DNA of 57,033 nucleotides, filler included, from Sphacelaria rigidula (lineage: Eukaryota), in assembly GCA_964200075.2 (NCBI GenBank). It is 6 parts of 6 records of this genome, joined end to end, with 100 filler letters (N's around TTAATTAATTAA, not from the genome) between each part and the next. Parts side by side here need not be neighbours in the genome. Positions count along the whole stretch, not along the records: positions 19,047 to 28,468 come from CAXNAA020008539.1; positions 28,569 to 37,990 come from CAXNAA020008540.1; 4 more parts are not named here. The stretch is one strand, 5' to 3'. How positions within the stretch are numbered: position 1 is the stretch's first letter; each line of letters opens with the position of its first letter. Under the pieces are notes generated by a model. That model worked only from the letters and a program-made list of their open reading frames with translations. It was not told where the DNA came from and did not search any database. Made by a program: the position numbers and the translations under genes. Shown in pieces: positions 23,801 to 34,100 of this stretch.

Positions 23801-24654
23801 GATCAACTGGTAGAAGCGTATGCAAAGTCCCAGGCGGACAGCTTGACAGCCAGAGAAAATATTAGGGTCGACCACGGAGAGAACATGAACTCCCAGCCTA
23901 CCGACGTCTAATAATCTTGTCAAGTTAAAGCAAAGTCTTTCATATCTGGTGAAAATTGAACACGATCAGCAATTTCAAATCCGCAGAAAGCAAGGCGGTT
24001 TTTCGCGGTCGATTGACTCGAGTCTCTGGTATATACCATACACCGCGTGCGGGATGCCGCCCTGTCACATTTAACGGCAACAACCATGATTCTTGGGCCG
24101 ACTGCGGTCACTCAAAACGCTGAGTACGTTTATACACTACAGTACCCTTTCGCGTTCCCAAGTTGATCCCATTTTCGCTAAGCACACTTCCCGTCACGCT
24201 TGACATTCCTGGATGTGCTTCCCCGGAGCAGACGATAATACTTGGTACGAAAATGGCACCGCTGCGCTCTACAAACCTTCTTTTTGCACTCCTTCCCGCT
24301 AAGACCCTGTTGGACCCTCCCCGCTGTTCGCGCGGCCCGCGCAGTTGCACTCTGCGCCCCCGATTGAGCAACCATATTCTCCAAGTGCAGAACCTTCCGT
24401 TGCATCTTCGACTCCATCACCGATGTCGCCGCACGCTCCCCCCGGGACCTGAGCAGTCCACGAACGAATTCCGTGAGGCGTGCTGCTGATGCAGCTCCAA
24501 CGACCCCAGCAGTGCCAGCCGAGCGGGTACCCGCGGGTGCTGCACGTAGGTTTGGGGGTAGAAGTTCTGGTAGAATGCGTGTGTAGAGTCGCTCCTGGCT
24601 GGCGCTTACCGCGCTTTCGTGCGTCATCGCTGCGGTACCGTGAGGAGGCAGCAT
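20821..24654 (-). CDS. POP4: RNase P/MRP protein subunit p29 (Rpp29); exons 24654-24277, 22871-22716, 21764-21675, 21003-20821; about 268 aa
   Basis: Phase-0 GT-AG joins give LSGKECKKK|GLG, HDLWKAYA...ILTADLQ|GAYLNV...VGITGILLRETANTFQ|IV...TVPKRGCAF...ITLSG, the Rpp29 family signature. Alternative start at 24627. Confidence 0.92.
23164..23605. mobile_element. ~440-bp foldback (palindromic) MITE in POP4 intron 1
   Basis: GATCATCGAAATTGAGGATG ... CATCCTCAATTTCGATGATC; arms of about 205 bp pair up to a short central loop. Confidence 0.85.
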
Positions 24655-25294
24655 GGAAGGAGGTAGGGGGTAACTTCGCAATAAGGTACGGGTAGATGTG
24701 GCCCAAGAAATATTGAGCAAGACTGTGCAGAAGCTTCCTGTGGCTGTAGTGGGGTGGGAATTGGGCTGTGTGATGGTTGTGGCGGGAATCAACCCTCTAA
24801 GAAACGCGTGCAACCCTGTAACTTATCATCCAGGAGAAAAATAAAACCAAGCAGCATATCTGTGATCCTTGTCCGACTTTTGCATGCGCTCAAGCGTTCC
24901 TTCGAAAATTCGGAACCCTATTATTCAGGCGTGAATGAAGGGTGACCAAGGGTCAGAGAGATCCCAAAGCGAATCTCCACCTACCCCGTGTGGCCGGTGT
25001 GCATACACCGGTGTAGGTGAGTAAGCTGGCTACAGAGCACGATCACTCGTTTGAATATGGTAGCATGTGCGTTTCACCTGCGTTGAGTCATATTTCCATC
25101 GCCGGCATGTATGCTAAGCGCGCTGTTCCGGCTCTACAGCAGAACAAGTTGTGCTGGTGAAGAAAAGTGAGAAAAATGAACTATGACCAAGCATGACCGA
25201 TAATCCATTTTTTTTTCTTGTTTGTATATCGAGTGGGGCAATGTCGGGCAGAGTGGGGTGAATATTATACTTACAGCACGGACCGCACATGATC

Positions 25295-25516
25295 GCCCCG
25301 GTGGCTCAGTTGGTGACCTCGAAACCTTCTGACGGTTTAGACGTGGGTTCGAATCACGGTGAAGTCATACGACCTGGGGTTTTGTCTCCCATCATGCCCA
25401 ACAGTGGAAATCGACCAAGTCGTGGGTACACAAAGTTCAATGTTCGACTTCACGGTCGACGGGGGGAACCACTAGAATTCACCGGAGTTGGGCTACTAAA
25501 ATTGGATTGATTGATT
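25295..25516 (+). mobile_element. tRNA-derived SINE, family B (tRNA-Gln(CUG)-like head, GATT-repeat tail)
   Basis: A box TGGCTCAGTTGG, anticodon arm AAACC-TTCTGAC-GGTTT, B box GGTTCGAATC. The acceptor stem does not pair. Ends GGATTGATTGATT. Confidence 0.7.
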
Positions 25517-27482
25517 CCAGTGTGAACAACGAGGATCGGATCTATAGTGGGGCTTGACTTTCCCGTGTGCTCCTAGAGTGCGCAGAACGCGTTTGCGTCC
25601 AAAGCTGCGCCGATTTGAGGTCTACCAACCCTACACTTTGCCTAGGGAACCGTATGCACCTCCCCTGCCGGAGAGTTCTCGGTGTGCCTTGGGCTGGGGT
25701 TAGGGGTAGGAGAATCGGTAGTTGGAAGATGTGTCAACCATGTGTAAAATGTAGCCCAACGCCGGCTAACCCGCCTCGGGGAAAGGGACCGCCGAACTCT
25801 TCTCGCGATGAGAAGTAAGGCAAACACCGCAGACGGAAGGTGGAGTGCTAAAGCAAAATAAAAACTCCTGAGTTGACCCTCCTGCAGTAACAGTGTTATT
25901 CCTTTTCGATAATATGGAGGCCTTCCAACCGACGCATCAGTTAAAATCGTTCGTTCCCGTCGCACGGGTCATGTTCCGCAGTGTAAGTTGTACTTGCCTC
26001 AGAGCAGAAGTCATCGTGGCAAGAGGGATGATGACAACTTTGACTGTACAGCTGGTTCAACAGGCGTTGACCCAAGGTGGCGAGAGCAGCACCCCGCCGG
26101 AGGAACGTCACTGCGCATATCGCAAGCGGTTGCAAGTGAAACAGTGGCTCCGGAGACAAGTACAGGACGAAGTTCGTACCGTATTCTCGTACATGCGACC
26201 CCTACTCTGCCTGTTGTGCGCAGTATTATGACACAGTACACTATCATGTGACCGCGGCTGGATCCCTGGGGGGTCAGTTAAAGTACGACATTCAATCAAT
26301 CAATCCGTCAATGGATCCAACAGTGACGCCTTGGGCGAGGGCCGTGTTGGGGTCATTTGTCACATTACCTTCTTAGCGTCACAACTCCCCCGTGAAATGC
26401 ACGCAGATGGGCACCTCCGTGCAGTGTGCGTTCGCCCTAGGTGGCGTACGCAGAACTGTCAGGCCGCTTGCTTCGTTTGAATGATTGTCTGTACAACCGA
26501 CGAAGCTACACAAGTAAATGACTCGGTGCTTGGAAAACAACTGACTCTTTGGAAAACACGCAGACTTGTACTTTCGCACATACAAAGTTACGTGCTGAGA
26601 TCGTCAATTACTCCGCAAGACGTCAGCGAAGTAGAAGTGGTTCGATCACCGAAAAATCAACGTACAGGCAGTTACCCAACGTGCTCGAAGTTGGTACATG
26701 GAACATATTATCAGATTACCCAGCCCCGGGGCTGCCAGACTGTCAGTCGTCCTTGAGACTACGTTATGGTACTGTCTGCAGGGGAACGTTGCCGCCTGGC
26801 CATATGCCCCACCAAGGATCGTTACCAAAGCGTACCGTGCGTGCGACGGGAGCTGAACCTATACCTGTCAAGCGAGGTGGAGCGGGAATGTTCAGCCCCA
26901 AACCGTCATGGACATGAGGAAGTCGAAGCGATGTATCGTAGCTGTGTTTTGTTGACCAATCATCCACATCCATAAACGGGCAAATAATCAAGATGAGGCT
27001 GCCAGAATTCGGTGCTGCCTGCGCGTCCGATCGATACCGTACCCCCTATACTGTCATCAGACAGACGGTGTTCAATAAAATAAAAATCGCCGCGTCGATG
27101 GTATCCACCGTTGCAAATCACGATGCGCCCTCAGCTGCTTGAGCAACTGAATCTGTGAATGTGACACGTTGCTTTGGTACCAGTGAACACACCGCCCAAG
27201 TTTCGGCCTCATTACACCCGAGGTGCGACTGGTCTCGACGCCTAAGCTTCCAAAATACCGCCTCCATATTATCGAAAAGCAAAAGCATTGGTAGGGACTT
27301 TTCTTGATCGAGACAAAAAACAAGCGAGAAAGGGAACACGTGTACAAAAGCAGCATGTTGATTGGTCGCCGCAGCCATAGGCCCGCCCAGGAATCAAACA
27401 ACGTACCGCTTTCGGATGCTTGTTCCTCGTCCCGCTTCGTTTTTTGGTCTCGATAAGACATGCGGCCTACGGCCGCTCCTTG

Positions 27483-27925
27483 TAACAAACAAACAAAAAA
27501 GTCCTCTAAAAATATTTTTTGGTCCTTCTTCGTCGTTTTACTCCCTAAAAGAAAACTAGGCGGAGTTTGATACCTTGGAGTGACTTGCTTTACTCGTTGA
27601 GACGGTTCCAGAACATTTCGCGTTTTCAGTGGCCGCAGTTTCTGTTTTGGCCAAACTTGCACTTTGTCCAAGAACGGTAAAAAATGGTCAAATCTAGAAA
27701 ACACTGCCATATTTATCTGAACTTGACCGTCCCCCAACAAGAATGCTCGATTGACCAAACTGCAAACTGCGGCCACCGGAAAACGCGAACATGTTCTGGA
27801 GCCGTCTCAACGAGTAGAGAAAGTCGTTCCAAGGGGTCAAACTCCGCCTAGCTCTCTCTTGGGCAGTAAAACGACGAAGAAGGACAACAAGAGATTTTTT
27901 ACAGGACTTTTTTTGTTTGTTTGCC
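27483..27925. mobile_element. ~440-bp foldback/MITE element (second family)
   Basis: CAAACAAACAAAAAAGTCCT...CTAGGCGGAGTTTGA...CTCGTTGAGACGG is mirrored by CCGTCTCAACGAG...TCAAACTCCGCCTAG...AGGACTTTTTTTGTTTGTTTG. Confidence 0.85.
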
Positions 27926-28328
27926 ATCATAAGACGATCATTCATGCCAGTCACCAATCTCGATTTTTACGAAGATCGGGGGAAAAAAATCGGGATGTCA
28001 CGATTACAGAACGATATCCGCCGTTTTTTTGCGAAAAATCGGGGGAAAGCTGAGGTCTCCCCGATTGTTAGGAGGTGACGTACGTACATTGACGTACAAT
28101 GATAGGGTACGAGGCGTTTGATATTTTTTCAACCGCAGCAGAAGACAGTCTCGTCACAGCGCAGGGCGTGCCTGCCCGCGCCAGCTACTGGAGCAGCTTC
28201 GCACGGGGTTTGACAAGCGGAAAATAACTGTTGATGCCGTACCCTGCGGCGATGTTGACACTTCATGCCGCACTGCGCTGCAATATGGATCACCATAACG
28301 AACGGTATTGTACTATCCTTGCCGCGGT

Positions 28329-28468
28329 GCCCCGGTGGTGTAATGGTCCGACTGTCGCCATTAGGGTGGAAATAACGGGGGTTCGATTCCCGATGCGTTA
28401 GGTTTTTTCTTCGTCATGTATGATTTCCACCGTGGCAAGCGTGAGAACGGAAGTAAACAAAGTAGCCG
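28329..28468 (+). mobile_element. tRNA-derived SINE, family A, copy 3 (cut by the linker)
   Basis: Intact A box TGGTGTAATGG and B box GGTTCGATTCC; aligns with copies 1 and 2. Confidence 0.8.
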
Positions 28469-28568
28469 NNNNNNNNNNNNNNNNNNNNNNNNNNNNNNNN
28501 NNNNNNNNNNNNTTAATTAATTAANNNNNNNNNNNNNNNNNNNNNNNNNNNNNNNNNNNNNNNNNNNN
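28469..28568. other. Artificial 100-nt linker
   Basis: N44-TTAATTAATTAA-N44. Confidence 0.99.
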
Positions 28569-29227
28569 CCAGAAAAACTCAGAAAAAAGGACGACTACGA
28601 ATTCTGAAAACTTCTGACGCTGACTACTATAGGTTAAATACAGCACGTGCCCAAATATTCCAAGGGTGGACGAATCATCCGCTGATTCGAATCACCAAAT
28701 CCACGAAACGTAAGGCCCGATTGCTCGACAGAGAGAAAAAAGGTAACCACGGGCAAAAAAGGTCTTCGCAATTTTTGCGCTGTTTCACGTGCCTGGGGTG
28801 CGCGTGCCTCGGGTGCAACGCTGAAAATAAAGCCTCTCACAGCTTGCAACATTTTCGGACCAATCAGATCGCTCCAAAGCACGAAAATGCGGGGGCCTCC
28901 CACTAATCACATAAGAGCTATCTTATGCATTTGAGATGTAAGACGGCTTGATCGACCCACGCGTTGCGCCACTGCGAACTGTCATATACCACGGCTGAAA
29001 ATCGCCTGGTGGAGTAACATGTTATCATTTCACGGGTTGGTGGACATGCCTCCCCCTTGAAAAGGTGATGACACCCTCTCCCGTGCTGTCATTCATGAGG
29101 CTGTACTTCGGCCAAGCTACTATACTTCGGGAGGACGATCACGGTTCAAGTTACACATCGAGGACAGATGCAGCTACGGAGCTAGAAACAAAGTTGATGG
29201 GAGAAGTAACTACTGAAGGTGTCTGAC

Positions 29228-29485
29228 CTGCTCCTGCGATGTTCCTTGTAGCGCATCCAATGCCTGCGCCTTGTGCACAGTCTTGTACTGGTGCCGCCCT
29301 ACGAGTGATGGCGGAGAAGCAACACCTGCGGAGTCTGTTGACACATGAATGCTCCGAGGCAGGTGCAGGCGTGGATGCTTGTTTGCAACAGAAATAGCAG
29401 TGAAGGCTGCGCATGTTTGTACGACGAGCAGCACATGCGCAAGGCGAATCCAGAAGAGGGGGGGTCTATTGCTTGTGTGAATCAT
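29228..29485 (-). CDS. Putative first exon of a plastid-targeted protein
   Basis: ATG start, hydrophobic LFWIRLAHVLLVVQTCAA followed by F (ASAFAP-like), a S/T/R/H-rich transit-like stretch, and a cag|gtcaga donor in phase 0. Confidence 0.5.
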
Positions 29486-30363
29486 TGCTGCTGCCGGAGC
29501 TGGATGAGGCGAATGAGCCAGGTGAACTGAAGAATCCCTCCAAAAGATTTTCCCATCTACTGCTGAGTTCCCCGTTCACCTCGGGGCCCTGGGGTATGGT
29601 TTAGATTTCAAGAAACAAGGGTTTGTTCGGGCTGATTTTCAAACTTTAACAATGAATCTGATTGGAGCACAGTAAGGAGTTGGACCGTATTTGCGGGTCT
29701 TCTCTCAGTAAGGCAATATTGCAGTAGTTCTCCGTAAATTGCGAAAGTGTGCGCACTCGACCGCTTCTATACTGACGTGGAGAAAAGGTGCGGAATGCGC
29801 CACTGTGCGGGTGTGTTCTGCTGTACTGTCTATCCTGAGACACGAGGAGGGTGGATTTTGGGGGGGTGGGATTTGGTCAACGGGAATGAATACCTATCCG
29901 ATCAGTCGAATGTGACGCGAGTATGGTTAACAAATCGCCCCGCTTGCGCCACAACGACAGATGAAGCTGTCGTTGTTTTCAGCACAAACTGAAGCGTCGA
30001 GGTACTTCGGTACTGTATCGTTCTTATGTCCCGTGGATACAGTGGTCTTACATCCGACAGATACAGGTGATGATGGGAAACCTTTATCGTCTTGCCGCGT
30101 GTCTAGTCTGGCGTAGGCGTGAATGGGTGTGAAACGCATGATGTACTGCGTGCGCTGTTGTGCGCACTCGAGACAGCATTGGACATCCGGGGGGTACAAG
30201 GAAGGTCGGAACGATGTATACGGAAATGCAGTAGCAGTGTACTACGATTGTATTGCACTCATATAGATGTGTCGAAGGCCGCATCACCCGGCGAGAGATT
30301 GACCACACTGGCCGTAGCTTTGGAGACTCATATCCAGTTGCCATGTTTTTTTTTCTGGGCAAG

Positions 30364-31280
30364 ATACAAAAAAGGGTACACCCTGGTGCTTTTATAGAAC
30401 AATAAATGGTAACGCATGTTCGGTTTGGGGCGCGGGCTGCACGCGGGCTGAACAACTCGAAAACACGTTCCAGCGCCTCAGCCCCACGCACGAGGTTTCT
30501 GGGCAGCATGCCCCACCATTTTTTTTCATCTTCACACGTGGTACTAGGCTGCACTGCGACGCCGAAAAGGACAGCCCGTGAGCGTACCCTTAATTGTTAG
30601 CAAACCAGGAGGGTGTACACCCTACTCTATGCTAAAAAAAGTATATCTCGCCCTTTGTTGTCCACGTCTGGACCCTTCAAAGCTCAAGTGCACACGCCCG
30701 AACGGCATTTACACATGTTCGTTCGACCTTTGTGAGCCCCGGCACACAAGCGTCCGCGTCCTGATTGCGTCGTCGGATCTTCCGGATCTGCGGGCCAAGC
30801 AGCAGGGGGCTACAGTTTCTCGGTCGTTGAGTTTCGGCCTTTTTGGTGGGGTGTAATTCACAAAAAATGGCTCCGGTTTTGAATTTCGGCTTATCTTCTA
30901 CAAAGGCGGCGGTTCGGTCACCACCTCGCGAAAAAGGGCAAAGAAGGGTATGCACTTGAGCATTGAAGTGTCCACACGTGGACGACAAAGGGTAAGAGAA
31001 AATATCCTTGAAGAGAGCAGGGTGCGCCCTCCTGTTTTGTTTACAAAAAGGGGGTACTCTCACGGGTTGTCCTTTTCCGCGCCGTAGTCGAGCCTAGTAC
31101 CACGTGAGAAAATAAACGAAGCTGGTTGGGCATGCTGCCTGGACACCTTGTTGTGCGTGGGGCTAAGACATTGGAACGTGTTTTCGAGGTACTCAGCCCG
31201 CGTGCAGCGCCGCGCCCCACACCGAAAATTGCGTTACCCTTTTTTGTTTCAAAAGCACCAGGGTGTACCCTTTGTTGTAT
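30364..31280. mobile_element. ~920-bp non-autonomous DNA transposon with ~335-bp imperfect TIRs
   Basis: 30364-30700 is the reverse complement of about 30945-31280 (AAAGGGTACACCCTGGTGCTTTT, CACGTGGTACTAGGCT, GCTCAAGTGCA). TA lies at both ends. Confidence 0.85.
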
Positions 31281-32599
31281 ATGGTCATTTTTTTTTGCAA
31301 CTCACCGGCGTGTTAAAAGCAGAATATTGGATATTGGATATTGGATATTGAAGCATGCGACCGCAAGCACGTGCAAATTACAACTTCACCCTTTGACCGC
31401 GAGGGTAGGTCGTCTGGACCACGCACTCATTTTTCAAGTGAGAATGATGCCGATCCAAGAGATCACCTTCCTCGGAGCTCAAAGAGTTCGGGGATGGTAA
31501 TAGGTTTTGCATGCTGTCTCCACACGGTAAGGAACTCCACGCATGACGTGGGTCGGAGCTCCTACTACGACTGTAAGGAACAGCGGTGCTCTCATATGTA
31601 TTCATCCGTAGATAGCGACCCCCCGCAGGTGGACTGGAGTAGAGTTTGGCATATTTGCGGTTTATAGCGGCTCTTTTCTCGTTGCACAAAATACCGTTTT
31701 TCATTAACATATGGATGTTGGGCATCTACACAAAAGGAATCCAAGAAAATCCCTGACTGGTTTTAATCATGCAGTCTACTGCGTGCAGTCAGTCTGTTAT
31801 ATGACTTCGCTGGATACAACGGCAAGAAACAATCAGCGTGCCATCGCTCTCCACTGAACACAGTCTACTGCATGTTGCTGGTGTCTCTGCTTAGCGTCCC
31901 ACAACAACACTACAGGCAGTGCTACGCTGGCAACACATGTGGGGTCAGGCAGGCGGCATACTGTTGACCACGAGCAGAGTAAACGGTTTTGTTTGTACTC
32001 ATGGTATCTATGGTTGAATTGTCCTGATTAAAATGAAAAATACGGCTAGGTATCGAAGCGGTCCACCTGTAGTCCTCCTGTAGGGGAACAAAGGGACCAT
32101 TTCGACAGCCATGATTGGTCAGAACGGTTACTACGCTCCTCTCGGGTCTCGTTCTCGGCTTAAAATTTTCTGTGGGAAATTTCCAAAAAACACACGGTTG
32201 ATTTGGTGAGCTCTTCTGCTGTTCTGCGAACAGGCCCCACTCCCCTATCAAAAATCACCCCTAGGTCCCTGGAACCCCCCGAACGTCCCTGGATTGTCGG
32301 CCTGTGAAAGTGTTCCGAGGCGACGCTCGCTGGTTAACACCGTGAGACCGATGCAGTGCAGGAGCTGCTTTTGTCCCTTGTCTACTTATTATGCGGGCTC
32401 CTACTATGGCTTTAGTTCACCCCCGATGGAAGAGCGGTGTGAACTAAGCCGTGTGTTCTCGTGAATGAAAAGAAGAGGATCAGAAACCATTTTGGAATGT
32501 TGTTTTCTTCATAACGACTATCGAGAACACATGATTGTTTCCTCCACCGATGCTTTTTGGACTGGACGTATGTTCGAACAACTTTGAAAATCTCAGGAC

Positions 32600-33480
32600 T
32601 TGTGACCGGGAAAAAATCACGGGAAATCTCACCGAATAGAACGAACGGGGCGGGAACTCCCGCCCCGCCCCGCCCCGCCCCGTCCCGTCGTGTTTTTGGT
32701 GACGGAAACGCGATCTCCTACCGTCCCGTAGTTTTTTCTTGTTCTCACTTCTAACTCCTCCCCTTCCCCGGAGCAAGTCCGTGATCTCAAGGAACTAACC
32801 CATCTTTCCCCGGTACACGCCTTACCTTTTGGTGTTGCGGGGTTGGATCAGTGTCGACTGTCGTCTATCAAAGCCAAGCATAGTACTTTCGGTACTCACA
32901 TCCTCGCGCTTTCAAAAACGGAACTCAGATACTTCCGAGAAAAAGCCGCTAGACGTTCTCAAGAGAATCAAACCCGCGTTTCCCCGCCCTAATGTTTTCA
33001 ATTGCACTATATACCACCAAGGCGCAGCGTTGCGATTTTTCTGGCGAGGTGAAAAAATTCGCGTCCAGTCCTGTCGTTTTTTTACGACGGAACGCGTTGC
33101 CGTCCCATCCCGATCCAACGCGAAAACTTTCCCGTCCTAACCCGTCCTCATGGGAAAATTTCAGGCACGGGAATTTCGGTCAGATTGAAACAGAGGGACG
33201 GGAATTCTCGTCTAATCTGACGGCAGCTTGGGTATATATTCACCCGTGTGGGATATGGGAACGATTTTCAAAATTCAGACTCCGGTCCCTTCCACGGCCT
33301 ATTTTTTACTTACGTTTTACATGAAAGGATGAACGGTCACTGTTGTCGCGAGTAGGGCTTGTGACGGGACCTCTGGATGAGACGGGATGGGACGGAACCT
33401 TTTGCCGTCGCAATTATGAGTCGAAACAAGAAAAACATCAATACGATGTTTTTGCCGCATGGTTTTTTCGGGCTGGGACA
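32600..33480. repeat. Decayed repeat rich in CCCGTCCC/GACGGGA motifs
   Basis: Many copies of the motif in both orientations, resembling subterminal repeats of a DNA transposon. Boundaries are unclear. Confidence 0.4.
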
Positions 33481-34100
33481 ACATGCGGCGAAACAAGAAA
33501 GAACTCAATATGATGAGTTCGCGTGATTTCTGCTCCTGAATGAGTATATTGTTTTCTATGTTTCTTCGCGGGAGACCGAAATGCTCAAAATGGAAACTTT
33601 TTCGCTTTTTCAGCGAGAAAATGCGGCGCAAATAATCGCACGCCATGAAAATAAAAGTACATGCCCCGCCATTTTCAGGCACGCTAGGCACTTGACACCT
33701 TCAGAAGTAGCCACAATCCACCATTGTATCCGGGAATGCCTATCAGTGGTGTTGGAGAGACATCAGGCAAGCAACAGCAATATGCGTGGAAATATGTTGC
33801 ATTGTTTCTTCACCATTTCCATCTGTTGCTGCGCTTTTGTAGTTCATGTAGACTCAAAATGAGAGACAACGAACGGAATCAGTTGGGTCGCATTTTCTCG
33901 CCATTTTTTTTTTCAAGTAAGACAGCCCTTTAGTGCAACTTCTTGGCCCTTGACTTGCACTTATTTGCATTGGGATATATTTTACATGGTTTACACCCGA
34001 AAATTGACTGCTAGAGCTGACGCTAGCGAAATTCCTATGGACTTCAACCGTGCCTCTTATCTCCTTGGGTCAGGCGTAACGGTCGTTTACGACTACAAGC

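Noticed and set aside
25295..25367. Functional tRNA gene (also considered for 28329-28400)
   Set aside because: Acceptor stems do not pair and the D/T arms are imperfect, so these are read as SINE heads.
25541..25620. Possible HDV-like ribozyme (TTCCCGT loop, GCGCAG/CTGCGC stem, CGAT junction)
   Set aside because: P3 (ACT/GTG), P1 and P2 cannot be paired in the required register.
26680..26720. LEVGTWNIL, resembling the first motif of an AP-endonuclease (LINE) domain
   Set aside because: No downstream endonuclease motifs are visible and nine residues can arise by chance.
27072..27776. 234-aa ORF
   Set aside because: Runs through a palindromic MITE and has no recognisable protein features.
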